Shown: positions 40,052 through 55,456 of the stretch, piece after piece
Position numbering within the stretch: the first letter of the stretch is position 1
Layout: each line of letters starts with the position of its first letter
Assembly: GCF_006345805.1 (NCBI RefSeq)
Contig: NC_042997.1
Location: forward strand, 143,406,001-143,470,000
DNA: 64,000 bases
Origin: Octopus sinensis
Taxonomy: Eukaryota
Direction: 5' to 3'
Position numbers and translations under genes: made by a program
The notes under the pieces: generated by a model
Told to the model about the DNA's origin: nothing
The model's input: the letters and a program-made list of their open reading frames with translations, nothing else
Database searches by the model: none

Positions 40052-41249
40052 TCATCATCATCATTGTCTTTTAATGTCCACTTTCCATGCTAGCATGGGT
40101 TGGATGATTTGACTGAGGACTGGCAAACCAGATGGCTGCACCAGGCTCCAATCTTGATCTGGCAGAGTTTCTACAGCTGGATGCCCTTCCTAATGCCAAC
40201 CACTCTGAGAGTGTAGTGGGTGCTTTTTACGTACCACCGGCACGAGGGCCAGTCAGGCGGTACTGGCAACTACTACCCTCAAATGGTGTTTTTTACGCGC
40301 CACCTGCACAGGAGTCAGTCCAGCAGCATTGGCAATTTCCTTGCTTGAATGTCTTTTCACATGCCACCAGCACAAGTGCCAGTAAGACGATATATATATA
40401 TATATACACACACATATATGATAAAAAAAACAAAGAAAAAAGACAAGAAAAAACACGAACGTATGGACGTGGTACATGCAAAGTATCAATAAGACACTCA
40501 AGGAGGGAAGAAAGAGTGTTTTACATTTCAAGCAAAGCTCTTCTTCAGGAACAGGAGGCAGAGAATGTCCAAAAGAAAAAGAAGAGGAGAAAAATTGCCA
40601 ACCATCCACATGTAGTTTCTTTCTACCAAATCCACCCACATGACTTTGCTTGGCCTGAGGCTATGATAGAAGACACTTGCCCAAGGTGCTATGCTGTGGG
40701 ACGGAACCCGGAATCATGTAGTTGGGAAGCAAACTTCTTACCACACAGTGAGACTGAACCTGGAACCACATTGTTAGGAAGCAGAGCAGAATAAGATGTT
40801 AGGCAGTCCTTTTAGTCCTACAACATCTCTAGTATTGATGCCACAAGAAAATACACTCATTATACTCTGTAAAGTCGTTAGTATTAGGTGGGGCATCTAG
40901 TTGTAGGAACCATACAAATATCGTGTATATGCTCCTAGTCTTTGGGAGTTTGTAGCTCCTAATGACAGATGACTCAGATCATGTCAGATCATGATAACTC
41001 CGCCGAACCCAACCAATGCCAGTTTAGAAATCAAACATAAATTGATGATGATGATGATGATGTTGATGTTGATGATGATTGATATATATATATATCATCA
41101 TCATCATTTAGCGTCCGTTCTCCATGCTAGCATGGGTTGGACGGTTCAACTGGGGTCTGTGAAGCTGGAAGGCTTCATCAGGCCAGTCAGATCTGGCAGT
41201 GTTTCTAAGGCTGGATGCCTTCCTAACGCCAATACCCTTCCTAACGCCA

Positions 41250-42225
<976 letters not shown>

Positions 42226-42972
42226 ATATCTCAGTAGATAAATATATTCAATGAAAGATATTGTCTGAATTAAAGAAATGAACTTTAACCACATACTTTT
42301 CCATCTGTGGCTGACACATGCACTTACATGTGCATCTCAGATAGAATGTTATGCAAACATTAGATATTTGTTGTCAGTTAAGTCAGAACATCAAAATTTC
42401 AATTGTATCACTAAATCCAAATGATCCATTTCTAGTATTTTCACTGACAAACCTAACATTTATGGTTTCCATACAGATATCATTAAAAAAAGGTACAGTA
42501 TCTCAAAATATTAGAATACAATATTCAGAATTTATCATTACAATACAATAGGTTGGTAAGAATACAATTGGTGGTTAGGTAGAGTTGTAGAAAGTCAATA
42601 CTTAGTTGGAGTTCCTTGTCTGTCAGTGATTGCCTGAATATATTGTGGCATAGAGTAAACCAGAGGCTCTCAACATGGGTGGTACTGCCTCCAAGGGAGT
42701 AGAGGGCATGGTGAATGGGGTGTTAGGATTTGGGGGCAGTGAGTTAACACAATTAACATATTAAATTTTACCTGTAGTAGTAATTATATTATACACAATA
42801 ATACTATTAAAGGCATAGGTGTGGCTGTGTGGTAAGAAGCTTGCTTCCCAACCACATGGTACTGGGCTCAGTCCCACTGTGTGGCACCTTGGGCAAGTGT
42901 TTCTTACTATAGCCTTGGGCTGACCAAAGCCTTGTAAGTGGATTTGGTAGACAGAAACTGAAAGGAGCCTGT

Positions 42973-43006
<34 letters not shown>

Positions 43007-43439
43007 CATCATCATCATCATTATCATTGTTTAACGTCCGTTTTCCATGCTAGCATGGGTTGGATGGTTCAACTGGGGTCTGGGAAGCCAAGAGGCTGTG
43101 CTAGGCTCCAGTTTGATCTGGCAGTATTTCTACAGCTGGATGCCATTCCTAATGCCAACTCTGTGAGTGTAATGGGTGCTTTATATGTGCCACCAGCACA
43201 GCAGGCCATCCTGCAAGCTATGAACTCACTTCATTTGTTGGGTCTTAGCAGTCACAGCATATCTCAGCGGTCTCGGTCTTTCGTCATTTCCTCTGTGAGG
43301 CCCAATGTGCCACCAGCATGGGTATCACAACTACAATATCCATTTAATTTTTACTTTGATGTTGATGTACTTGACTCAATAGGTCTCCTCAAGCACAGCA
43401 GGTTGCCCTACGAACCAAGGTTAGCACTGCAGGTCATCT

Positions 43440-43760
43440 TGTGAGCCATGAACTCACTTCATTTGACAGGTCTTTGAAGTCACAGCATATCTCCAGAGGT
43501 CTCGGTCTTTCGTCATAGCCTCTGTGAGGCCCAATGTACGAAGGTCATGCTTGACCACCTCATCCCATGTCTTCCTGGGTCTACCTCTACCCTGTATTCC
43601 TTCAACAGTTTGGGAGTGGCACCTCTTCACACACCTCTCATCATCCATCCGTAGTACATGACCATACCAATGCAAACATCTCCCTGCACACCACATCTGA
43701 TGCTTCTCATGTCCGACATTTCTCTCAGGGTGCTTACACTCTGTCGTGTAATTCAATGTT
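43440..43760 (-). mobile_element. RTE LINE ORF C-terminal fragment
   Basis: RCLHWYGHVLRMDDERCVKR...GRGRPRKTWDEVVKHDL...DRDLWR. Confidence 0.85.
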
Positions 43761-44215
43761 TTCTTAAGTCAATAAATTTCTATAGAGATTAGCATTTAAA
43801 TTCCAGTCTATGAAAAGTTTGTGTTCTGCAATATTCTTGAAGGAACGAAAAATTATCCTGCAACTCGGGCTAATACGAATGAGCCTGGTAGGTGTAAAAG
43901 ACTAACTGGTATCTCTTGTCAAGAGTACAGGCAACAGTCAGGCCGCTGATGTTTGTTGTGTACTCCATTGTCATTATTTGATTGCTGTTATTCTGTGCGT
44001 CTGTGAGTAAAGATCAGTTGTGTTTTGCAGGGTTGCTTTATTTTTACCCTTAACTTAGAAATGAAGAAAGACATAGTGCTAGGTATCAAAAATAAACCAC
44101 TTGGGGCTAAAATATTATGGAAAAATGTGAAATTCTTCGAGCAGGCTTGTGTCTTATGTGAAATCTGTGATGAGCCTGAGTGACGCTGATGACCTGGAGT
44201 CACTTCTGATATACA

Positions 44216-44246
<31 letters not shown>

Positions 44247-47200
44247 TATGTATATATGTGTGTGTGTGTGTGTCTTTGTGACTGTGTTTGTCTTCCACTA
44301 CCACTTGACAACCAGTGTTGATGTGTTTATGTCCTTGTAACCAAGCAGTTCAGCAAAAGAGATCAATAGAATAAGTACCAGGCTTTAAAACAAACAAAAA
44401 AAGTACTGGGGTTGATTCATTTGACTAATAATTCTTCAAAGTGGTGCCCCAGCATGGCCACAGCCTAATGGCTGAAAGAGATAAAAGGTAAAAGGTTATG
44501 AAAATAAAACGGGATCTCATTAGGCACAGGGAAGTCATTAATTTGCAATGTATTAAGTAAAGTAACAACTTTTGTCTTTATCAGTTTTTTTTATCATTTC
44601 ATTGTTGAATTCTTATACAATCCATTTTAGAGTAAATTTATAAATTATATTAATTATGTTAATTATGTTTAGTTAGTTTAGTTGAGATTCGTCACTTGCC
44701 ACCAAGGTGGGTGCAGTAGGCATAACAACTACTAGTTGTTATAATATTCAAGTGTGATAGAAGCCCAGATCCACCACAAGGTCCTGTTTTTATTCGTTTC
44801 TACTCTAGGCACAAGGTCCGAAATTTTTTGGGAGGGGTCCAGTTGATTAGATCAACCCCAGTATGCAACTGGTACTTAATTTATTGACCTCGAAAGGATG
44901 AAAGGTAAAGTCGACCTCGGCAGAATTTGAACACAGAATGTAAAGACAGATGAAATACCGCTAAACATTTTGCCTGGCATGCTAATGTTTCTGCCAGTTC
45001 ACCACCTTAGATCCTGTCCTTATTGCAACATAATAGTTTGTGTGCCTCAGTGACTCTATATTTAGATTAAGATAGCTATGGCTGGTTTATAGTAATAATA
45101 ATGAAATTATTGTATTCAGTGCTGAGGTGCACCACAACTTGTAAAAGTGTGCATAAAGCATATGCAGTAATGTACAAATGTCTGGAAAGTGAACAGTGTA
45201 TGAGTCAGATACATGCTTGTGTATGTATGGAGGGGAGGAAATCAGGTGTAGTGTTGGCGAATCTCAGGAAGTATGGAAGTTTTGAAGGATGCAGTGCTCC
45301 GACAATTAACAACTGATGCTGGCAGTTTGTTCCATGCTTCAGCAACTCTTAGCGTGAAAAAATGTTTCCGAAAGTCATGGGAGCTGTGCTGTTTTCTGAC
45401 TTTGTAAACATGTACATGGGTGTTAGACAGGTGGAGTTTGAAAGGGGTTATTCAGGGTTTCACATCCTTAAAGTGCTTAGCTTTACAATGTCACATCAGA
45501 CCCTAATGGCCGGTGGTAAACATATAGCATCATCATCATTTAACATCCATATATCTACATACATACATACATATACACACACACACACACATATGTATGT
45601 ATGTATGTATGTATATATATATATGTAAATTGGACTGTTTAGTTCCCTAACAGTGGGCAGAAAAAGAATATTATAATTCATTATTGTAACTGAAATAACA
45701 CATTTCTAATTATATTCCGCTCATTGTGGATGCTGTGTTACAATCTAGAATACTGCATTATTTAACATGAGAGGATCTCTTATATGGACCTGTGGTGCAT
45801 AATAGCATTCATGTCTATATTTTAATGAGCAATAACCATCCACTACAGCTGCCAGAACAAGCAGATCACAGGATTTCGCCTTTCTTTGTCCTTGTCAATG
45901 ACAGACAGCCAGTGGAGATATTGGGGCCAATTTCCCAGTCAGTGATATATAGACTATCACTATCTGTCACAAATAGCCTGTGAGCTTATTAAAAATAATT
46001 AGTAACAGTAGAAGCAGTATTAATACAGACAAAAAATATTAACTCTTTAGCATCCAGATTACTCTTTTGAATGTAATACTTATTCACATTGTTCTCAGTG
46101 AATCATGTATTATCATGTAACTTTAAGATCTTGATGATGATGATGATGATGGTGATGATTGTTATATGTCTGCTTGCATGCTGGCATGGGTAGGACTGTT
46201 TGCAGAGCCAACCAGGCAGAAGCCTGCACCAGACTTCTGTGACTGTTTTGGCAGGATTTTTACAGCTGGATACCATTCCTAACACCAACCACCCAGCAGA
46301 GTGGACTTAGTGCATTTTACGTGGCACAAGCACAGGCAAGGTCAGTTTTGGCAAGGTATTTACAGCTGGATGCCCTTCCAAATGCCAACCACTTTACAGT
46401 GTGGACTGGGCACTTTTTAAGTGGCACCTGCACTGACAGGGTCACCAAGTAACCTGCAAGACAAAAATCTTTTGAGAGGGGAGGGGACATTGGAGGAGGA
46501 CATTTGAGGAGGTGTCAGATGGTGAAAGGTTATAGTGAGACAGAGACAGAAACAGGTGTCTTGCTGTAGAGGAGGTACAAGGTTACCTGACTGGGGAGGA
46601 GAGAGAGATCAGGAATGATGAGTAATAACCATCCACTACAGCTGGTAGAACAGGCAGATCATGTGATTTCACCTTTTTTTGTCCTTGTCAACGACAGACG
46701 TCCTGTGGAGATATAGGAACCAAGGATATATAGAATATTGATGTCTGTCACAAATAGCCTGTGAGCTTATTGAAAATAATTAGTAGCAATAGAAGCATTA
46801 TTATAATACATACAAATAATATTAACTCTTGTCCATGCCTTTCCTCTAATTGTTCAAGAATATCAAACATATCAGTTTCACTGGTTTTGGAAAGCCTGAA
46901 AATGCCGTAGAAGCCATAAGAACAACTACTTTCTCCAGACCAAAACATGCAAAGAAGGAAATAAGTAGCATAGCTGAATAGTTAAGAAGTTTGCTTGATA
47001 ATCATATGTTTGGTCAGTTTAACAGCATCCAGCAAGTTACATGGCTGTGTTATGATCAAATGTAAGATAAGGCATCGTCTGTATGTTTGGATATCCTTCT
47101 TAATGCTAACCCCATTACAGAGTGAACTGTGTGCTCTTTTCATACCACCGGCACAAGTGAGGTTGCTGAGTAACTTGCAAGACAGGCAAAGGAAAAAGCT

Positions 47201-49344
47201 CCCTCAGCTCATTGGGGAAGGAGTATTTGAGAGGGGTGAACAGTGCTGGATTAACCATTAAGCCAAATAAGCACTTGCTTAGGACATCAAAGGAATTAAG
47301 GGTTCCACAGAAATAGTAAATGGTTTATGGCACAAAAAAAATCACTTTAAAATTGTTAAAATTAATATTTGGGATACCTTATCTCTACTGAGTATAGAAG
47401 CAGATGTGTTGCATAAGATTAATTTGGAGGATCTGATCAAAGACTAGCAATTAAAAAATTAGCAGACTTTTCAAATATAAATAAAGTGGAAGTTTACAAA
47501 TATACAGAAATAAACATTGTTTTCCATCTTATTGTTAGTTTTGTTTATTATGGTTTATTATTGTTTATATTTTGAATTGCATATATATGGGACACCAAAA
47601 TCATTTAAGTGCATAGAGCCTCTATGGGTCTTAATCCAGTCCTGGGAGTGAGAGGTGGCTTTAGGTCAAGTGCAATGCAGTGTCTTGGAAAATACTTCTG
47701 AATATCAGATTGAGGAATATGTCAGGGAGTCAATACTAAATGAAATGAACAAAAAAGAAAAGATCATATTTTTGTTCTTCTAAAACACATAAGCCAAAAA
47801 TTGAAAATTGAAATTGACACTTGAGCATTTCCTTAAAGCAGCAGCAACATAAGTGAAATGATGTTGAGTAGGAATCAAAACCAAATTACCGATTCAGCTC
47901 AATGATGGTTTATTACCATACTATAATTTATACTTCTTGGAAATTAAATACAATAGCATTTGATGAGATTAGTTTAAAATTTCTATATTATGATATCATA
48001 AAAAGGAAGTGAAGTGAAATGAAATGCATTTATTTAAAAATAGTTAAATTCAATGCTAGACGTATTTATTTGAAACCATTGCAGTTTAACATTATTACTA
48101 GTAAATTAAACAACCTCCTTTCTACATCTTGCCATCATTCTTAATGGATTTCCAATTTATGTTAGAAACTTCATGATGGCATGGCTATATATTCTTTTAA
48201 ATTTTCTCTAAATTTAATAAGATTTTTCAATTTACTCAATGAGCAAATTGTCAAACATCAAATATTGTAAGAATAGTGAAGAATACTTTATCAAATTATC
48301 AGCTTCATCTGTCTTTCTTGATTACATGAAATTCTATTGATGAATTATGCTGTTGCTTGTTTTGTGTTTATTTATGTAATTACAAGTAAGCTAACATTTA
48401 AAAATTTATCTCAGGTTGACACCTTCATAATGCTTGAAACATAAGAAGAAAGAAGGAAAGAACACATACAGTTTGATGGCAGCGATGATGACGATGACGA
48501 TGATGATGATGATGATGATGATGTTTATTTTCTTTATCAGTTTCATCCCTTTGTTTCTCCTTCAAGTATATCTATGGAGATTGCTACAGGCTATGCACCT
48601 CCTACCTGCTGATATGAGACACACCTTGACTGCTTTTTCTTTTCATTATTTTATCTTGCTCCTACAGTTAGATGTGTGACTATTAGTGTATGAGTTAGAG
48701 CCCCAAAGTAGATTACCAATATCTACTTGGCTTCAAGTATAGTGCTTATCTGACCACTGTACTCAGCAGTGTTACCAGTTATGAGATATGGAGCAGGTGT
48801 AGTGGAAAATTAAGATAAACACCAGTACAAATGTTCAGTTCTTGTGTGTATCTTTTGTGTTTGGATGTCTAATTGCAGTTAGGCATCCAGATGTTCCAAA
48901 TAATCACAAACGTGTTTGATGCCAGTATTGCTTGACTGGCCCTCATGCCAGTGGCACTTAAAAAGCACCCACTGCACTCTTGGAGCGATTGGTGTTAAGA
49001 AGGGCATCCAGCTGCAGAAACCTTGTCAGATCAGATTGGAACCTGGTACAGTCCTCAGTCAAACCGTCCAACCCATGCCAGCATGGAAGGTGGACATTTA
49101 ACAATGATGAGGATGATGATGTGAAACAGATGTAGGTAATAAATATTAATACTTTTATTATTTTATTCATGTAAAGTTATGTTTAATATGATTGAATGTA
49201 ATTGGACAAGAATAGTCCGGGGAGAAAATTTTCCCCTTATGAGGTGTACTCCAGAAATTTTGAGACTTTTTTTTTAGGAGTGGCAGTTATAAACATCCTA
49301 AATTACAGTAATTTTAGTATGTCATTACATTATAGTCAATGAAA

Positions 49345-49720
49345 GGTGGTGAAGTGGCAGAATCGTTAGCAAGCCAGGTGAAATGCTTAGCGGTATTTCG
49401 TCTGCCGCAACGTTCTGAGTTCAATTTCCGCCGAGGTCAACTTTGTCTTTCATCCTTTCGGGGTCGATTAAAGAAGTATCAGTTACGCACTGGGGTCGAT
49501 ATAATCTACTTAATCCATTTGTCTGTCCTTGTTTGTCCTCTCTGTGTTTAGCCCCTTGTGGGTAGTAAAGAAATAGGTATTTCGTCTGCCACTACATTCT
49601 GAGTTCAAATTCCGCCAAGGTCAACTCTGCCTTTCATCCTTTTGATAAATTAAGTACCAGTTGAGTACTGGGGTTGACGTAATCGACTATCCCCCTCCCC
49701 CAAATTTCAGGCCTTGTGCC
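49345..49720 (+). mobile_element. Octopus OK-type SINE with a partial internal duplication; related copies near 4370-4700, 18290-18440, 44790-45005(-), 52255-52485(-)
   Basis: ggtggtgaagtggcagaatcgttagc head, gagttcaaattccgcc B-box-like segment and ctttcatcctttcggggtcgat core. Segment 49575-49690 repeats part of 49396-49500. Confidence 0.75.
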
Positions 49721-50225
49721 TTTAACAAATATTATATTACAGTTAATAAGCTGACCTGTCAACTTTTGTTATTCCACATTAAAAAAGACCACCGTAACAG
49801 TGCTTTGAACACATCCTGCTAAACACTACTGATCACAGCTGACTCATTTGTCAAATGCAGTTGGGATGTGAGGACAATTTGGAAGTTTACTATGTAATAA
49901 AGTTTTGTGTTAGACTGGGCAAGAATGCTAGAGAAACTTATGAAATATGCCAGATTAGTTATGGATTAAATTTTTTACTGGCACAAGGACAGTAAAGAAG
50001 AGGTGTGGAAGGGAGAAGGAAGTCAGATCCGGTTGAGAAAATTTATGTACAATTTTCTGGATGGAAACTGTTGTATGGCTGTGTAAGTAGCTTGCTTACC
50101 AACCACATGGTTCCAGGTTCAGTCCCATTTCATGGCACTTTGGGCAAGTGTCTTTTACTATAGCCTCAGGCCAATCAAAGTCTTGTGAGTGGATTTGGTT
50201 GAGAGAAATTGAAAGAAACCCATCG

Positions 50226-50312
<87 letters not shown>

Positions 50313-50504
50313 TTATTCTCCCAACATTGCTTGACAACTGAGGCTGGTGTGTTTATGTTCCTGTAACAAAGTGGTTTGGCAAAAGAGACCAATAGGATAA
50401 GAACTAAGTTTACAAAGAATAAGTCCTGAGGTTGATTTGTTTGACTAAAAGAGGTGCTCCAGCATGGCTGCAGTCAAATGACTGAAACAGGTAAAAGAAT
50501 AAAA

Positions 50505-50775
50505 GAATACAATTCAGAGTTGGTGTGGCAACTGTACACAGAATTATTCACGAAGATCTGAACATGCACAAAATTTGTTCCCAGAGTGTTCAGTGATGAG
50601 CATCTTGATAAGCAACTACTTGACACAGATGGGCACCAAAACTGTCTGTCACTCTCCTTACAATCCAGACCTAGCTCCCTGTGGCTTTTGCTTGTTACCC
50701 CAAGCTGAATGAAAATCTCAGGAGCAGTCGTTTTGAAGAAGAAGGAGGCAGTGACAAGATCTCTGAACACCTCCA
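50505..50775 (+). mobile_element. Mariner transposase fragment
   Basis: V.TVHRIIHEDLNMHKICS, then PDLAP..F.CYPKL..NL; internally deleted. Confidence 0.55.
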
Positions 50776-50799
50776 ACTAGGTGGCAAGCCTAATACCTG

Positions 50800-52254
50800 T
50801 TTCTTTATTACCCACAAGGGGCTAAACATAGAGGGGACAAACAAGGACAGACATAGGTATTAAGTCGATTACATCGACCCCAGTGTGTAACTGGTACTTA
50901 ATTTATCGACCTGCTCTTCCCCCACACTATATTAACAAGTAATAGCGATATTACACGTTGCAATATTGATAAGTAAGTTGTGAGGTTTCCCTTATTGTTA
51001 AGGTTCCGTAGTAGTCAAACTTCATAAAGTGTTTTTATTTTGGTGAAGCCACTCTGTTAATTATCTTTCAGTCAGACAAGAAAAAAAAAAACTGTTTCAT
51101 TTTATATTTCTTGTTTGTCAAATAGTAATGGCTGATTAAACATTACAGCATATGTGTGAGACATATTATTTGTGGTAAGAATAGTTCATTGTTTGAGTGG
51201 ATCTTTGCGTTTGCTGTCTGCAAATGAAGAACAATTGAGAGTCAAAATCTCATTGTTTAATATAAATGGTTTCACAAGCAATCTCGTATTTGTCAATGCT
51301 AGCTTCCAGTAATTTTCATGTTACTTTATGTTATTGAAAGAAAGCAATGGATGCAGGGAATATTACCATTGCACTTCAAAATAAGTACTACTTGTATGTA
51401 TGTATGTATGTATGTATGTATGTATGTATGTATGTATGTATGTATGTATGTATGTATGTATGTATGTATGTATGCATGCATGCATGCATGCATGCATGCA
51501 TGTATGTATGTATATATATATATATACATTTCTTTATTGCCCACAGGGGGCTAAACACAGAGGGGACAAACAAGGACAGACATAGGTATTAAGTCGATTA
51601 CATCGACCCCAGTGTGTAACTGGTACTTAATTTATCGACCTGCTCTTCCCCCACACTATATTAACAAGTAATAGCGATATTACACGTTGCAATATTGATA
51701 AGTAAGTTGTGAGGTTTCCCTTATTGTTAAAGGTTCCGTAGTAGTCAAACTTCATAAAGTGTTTTTATTTTGGTGAAGCCACTCTGTTAATTATCTTTCA
51801 GTCAGACAAGAAAAAAAAAAACTGTTTCATTTTATATTTCTTGTTTGTCAAATAGTAATGGCTGATTAAACATTACAGCATATGTGTGAGACATATTATT
51901 TGTGGTAAGAATAGTTCATTGTTTGAGTGGATCTTTGCGTTTGCTGTCTGCAAATGAAGAACAATTGAGAGTCAAAATCTCATTGTTTAATATAAATGGT
52001 TTCACAAGCAATCTCGTATTTGTCAATGCTAGCTTCTAGTAATTTTCATGTTACTTTATGTTATTGAAAGAAAGCAATGGATGCAGGGAATATTACCATT
52101 GCACTTCAAAATAAGTACTACTTGTATGTATGTATGTATGTGTATGTATGTAGTATGTATGTATGTATGTATGTATGTATGTATGTATGTATGATGTATG
52201 TATGTATGCATGCATGCATGCATGCATGTATGTATGTATATATATATATATACA
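50800..52254 (+). repeat. Direct tandem duplication, two units of about 727 bp (50800-51528, 51529-52254)
   Basis: The unique portions are near-identical. The units are bounded by OK-type SINE copies. Confidence 0.92.
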
Positions 52255-53253
52255 TTTCTTTATTGCCCACAGGGGGCTAAACACAGAGGGGACAAACAAG
52301 GACAGACAGAGGGATTAAGTTAATTACATCGACCTCAGTGCGTAACTGGTATTTATTTAATCGACCCCGAAAGGATGAAAGGCAAAGTCGACCTCGGCGG
52401 AATTTGAACTCAGAACGTAACGGCAGACAAAATACTGCTTAGCATTTTGCCCGGCGTGCTAACGATTCTGCTAGCTCGCTGCCCTAAATGTATATATATG
52501 TATGCATGCTTGTATGTACGTATTTATGTATGGATTATATGCATGTTTATGTATGCATCAATGTATACATGCATGTGCGGGTATGTCTGTCTGTTTGTTT
52601 GTGGGAATGTGTGTATGCATGTATGTTTACGTATGTATGTATGTATGTATGTATGCATGTATGTTTTTCTTTGAGATATATTTATGTTCTTCTTAAATGA
52701 GTACAAACTGTCCACTAACAAAGTGACAAGATTTTTTGAGTTAAGATGAAAGTGTCTCCTTCGTACTTAGGTGTTTGTGCATGTGTGTGTGCTTGTGTGT
52801 GCGTGCATACATGCATCATTACTTTTTACATCTGTGTCTTTGTCGCTACTCATAACCAAGTGTGAGTGTACATAATCGTTTAAACCATTGTTGATGGAGA
52901 ATCTTTGGAATGTCTTAGACATTTTCACTGTGCCACTAATAGATCGTATTTGGTTGATGTGCATTCAGTTTCTTTTGCTCTGAGAAAATCCTACAATTTC
53001 TAAGCTTTTGTATAAATCTGTAATTATATAGTTTTTAATGCACTTATGATGATGGGTACCTGATGATAGGTGCATGATGACAGAGATGTATTATGTATGT
53101 ATTCATGTAAGCATATATATATATATATATAAATAAAATTATAAATTAATTATAAATCATTAAAAAAATTATTACCTTTGAAGGCTATTTTTTCCATGCA
53201 GGCCACTTGATAAGTTCGTTATTCTATTTTATATTAACGATCTTATCCTTATA

Positions 53254-53625
53254 TCTTTATATATAAAAATGAGGTTGTGTGCTGTCTGTCTCCTACGATT
53301 TAGATTCCTAACTACCACATTTTGCGGTGCAGTTTAACCAAAACCGGGTATCTTATAGTCGTGATTCATATCGAGCCCTTCTGGGTATTAGCGCGCGTCT
53401 ACGATGAGTCTACGATTAAAAAAAAAATTTACCATCAATTTTTCCCATTTTTAATGCATTTAACTCTCTAAAAAATTATTATTAAATCTCAGAACGTAAA
53501 AAGCTTCAGTAACACCCGCCTTTGTGGTTAGCCATATTGAGATGGCTATTATACTTTACATCTCTAAAAATGCTTATATAGTTATTTCCCTTACAAACCC
53601 GAGCAATGCCGGGCGATACTGCTAG
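53254..53625 (+). mobile_element. Non-autonomous Helitron
   Basis: 5' A|TCTTTATATATAAAA; 3' hairpin CCCG(A)GC-AAT-GC-CGGG, then 8 nt, then CTAG|T. No TSD. The 5' end is uncertain by about 13 nt. Confidence 0.8.
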
Positions 53626-53640
53626 TATATATATAATAAC

Positions 53641-54720
53641 GTAATTCCACGAGTATTCTTATAAACGCTGTAAAGACGTTTTCTGATTCAAAATTTTAGT
53701 TCATCTTAAAACCTCGCTAAGCTAAGTATATTTTTATATTTAAGATCTTTAAATTTTAATATTTTATAAGTCTTATGGTGTAATAATATTGTTTTTTATG
53801 TAAATATCGTTGTTTATGTAATGATCTAATTATCGTAATTTTCTATATAATTATTAGATATTAACTTTAAGTTTATTTGTAAGAATTTACTTAGCGATAG
53901 ATATGTTGTTTGATAGTAAGTATACGAGTTGTCTAAAGTTAGGTTTATGTATATACATGTATTAATAGCATTTAATTGTAGTTTTAAATTTCTTATAATT
54001 ATTATTTTAACTTATATATTGTCTTTTTAAATTGATATTTGCTAGTTTTATTATTCCCATTGATAAATATATTTATAGTATTTATTTGATATTATATAAC
54101 TACGAATTGATTATTTCTTTAAGTATTTTAAATATAAGATTTCTGAAAGTTATTATTTAGCCAACGAGATATAAAGATAGTTAACTTGCTATAGAGTTCG
54201 TTTAAGATTGTTTGTTTGTATGTTTGAAATATGAAAAATTAATTTATTAGGTCTTTATTATATGTGCATATATATTTATTTATAGAGATTGTTTTAGATC
54301 TTAATTATAATATTTATATACATTTATATATTTTCATTGATAATTTATATATTATTTAAATTTTATATTTTAAATAATATAATAGTTTTTTTTGTAAAAT
54401 ATTTATGTAATTAGATATTGACTATTACTGATATTAGATTATTGGTGGGTTTCTTACCTTAAAAATTAATACTTAAAATTAATATTTAACATTATAATCG
54501 ATGTTTTGATATAATCATAATCGTCAAGTTTCTAATTTGATAATAGAGTTTTTTATAAGTAAATTTATTATATTATTTATTTCTTAAAAATATTGTTTAG
54601 ATATTTCTGATTATTTATTAAAATATTACCATAATTTGAATTATGAATTGAATTCAAATTATTGTTATTCGAATTGGTTACGAGCATGAAACGATCGTAG
54701 TGTTTTTACTCTTTATCTTA
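53641..54720 (-). pseudogene. Extremely AT-rich island, probably an eroded Penelope-like element
   Basis: Hand count: 76 C, 123 G and 17 CpG in 1080 nt. Minus-strand remnants KKPTNN (54455-54438), TYLSLSKFL (53906-53880; compare TCPLxGKCL) and YIE (53849-53841; compare YIG). Confidence 0.4.
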
Positions 54721-54852
54721 TATTAAACTTTGAATACTTTTTGATAGTTATAAAAAAAAATAAATAAAATAAGATAAAATAATAATAATAATATATATAT
54801 GTATATTTAAAATTTAAAAGTTTAAATTATTTAAATAATTTTTAAAATATTA

Positions 54853-54923
<71 letters not shown>

Positions 54924-55388
54924 TATATGACAAATCACTGTTAGTACTATTGCTAACATGTACCCAGTACAATCCTCTGCATGATTGGGCTGTTGGCTAC
55001 TAAATCAGAAAATCTATCAAGCCTTTTTAGTAAGGATGATGATTTTCGTTGGATACTCTGCAGGAGGAAAAACAAAACCTGTAAGAGGATGAATGAACTC
55101 GGTTGGATCAATAGCCACCCAACTGTAAGAATGAGAGATCTATAGTCTTTATTTAGACATCGCTACGAGAAGGAAATTCTGAAATATCACCCGCTTCATT
55201 ACGAAGTCAGAGACTATGTTCTTGTTTATTTTTGGTCTACTTGGCTTTGTAGGTGAGTGTTAGTGGTGTTGTACAAGTCGTTTTTGACATCAAATTTTAG
55301 CATGGTCATTTGTTAGTGATGGTCAAACTCATCTATGAGTTGACAGCCAACATATATATGTATATGTGTGTGCGTGTATATATATATA

Positions 55389-55429
<41 letters not shown>

Positions 55430-55456
55430 TATCTGATGAGTGTTGTTGTTTATGTC

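Noticed and set aside
40132-40794. 220-aa plus-strand ORF and similar ORFs at 4064, 4152, 13956, 14148 and 7230
   Set aside because: Read-through of SINE or RTE-UTR repeats; no protein features.
48440-48620. Acidic frame EERRKEHIQFDGSDDDD...
   Set aside because: Driven by a (GAT)n repeat, and all frames from the nearby acceptor hit stops.
53641-54720. Mitochondrial insertion (NUMT) explanation for the AT island
   Set aside because: No rRNA, tRNA or mitochondrial protein motif was recognised by eye and all frames are broken. Not fully excluded without BLAST.
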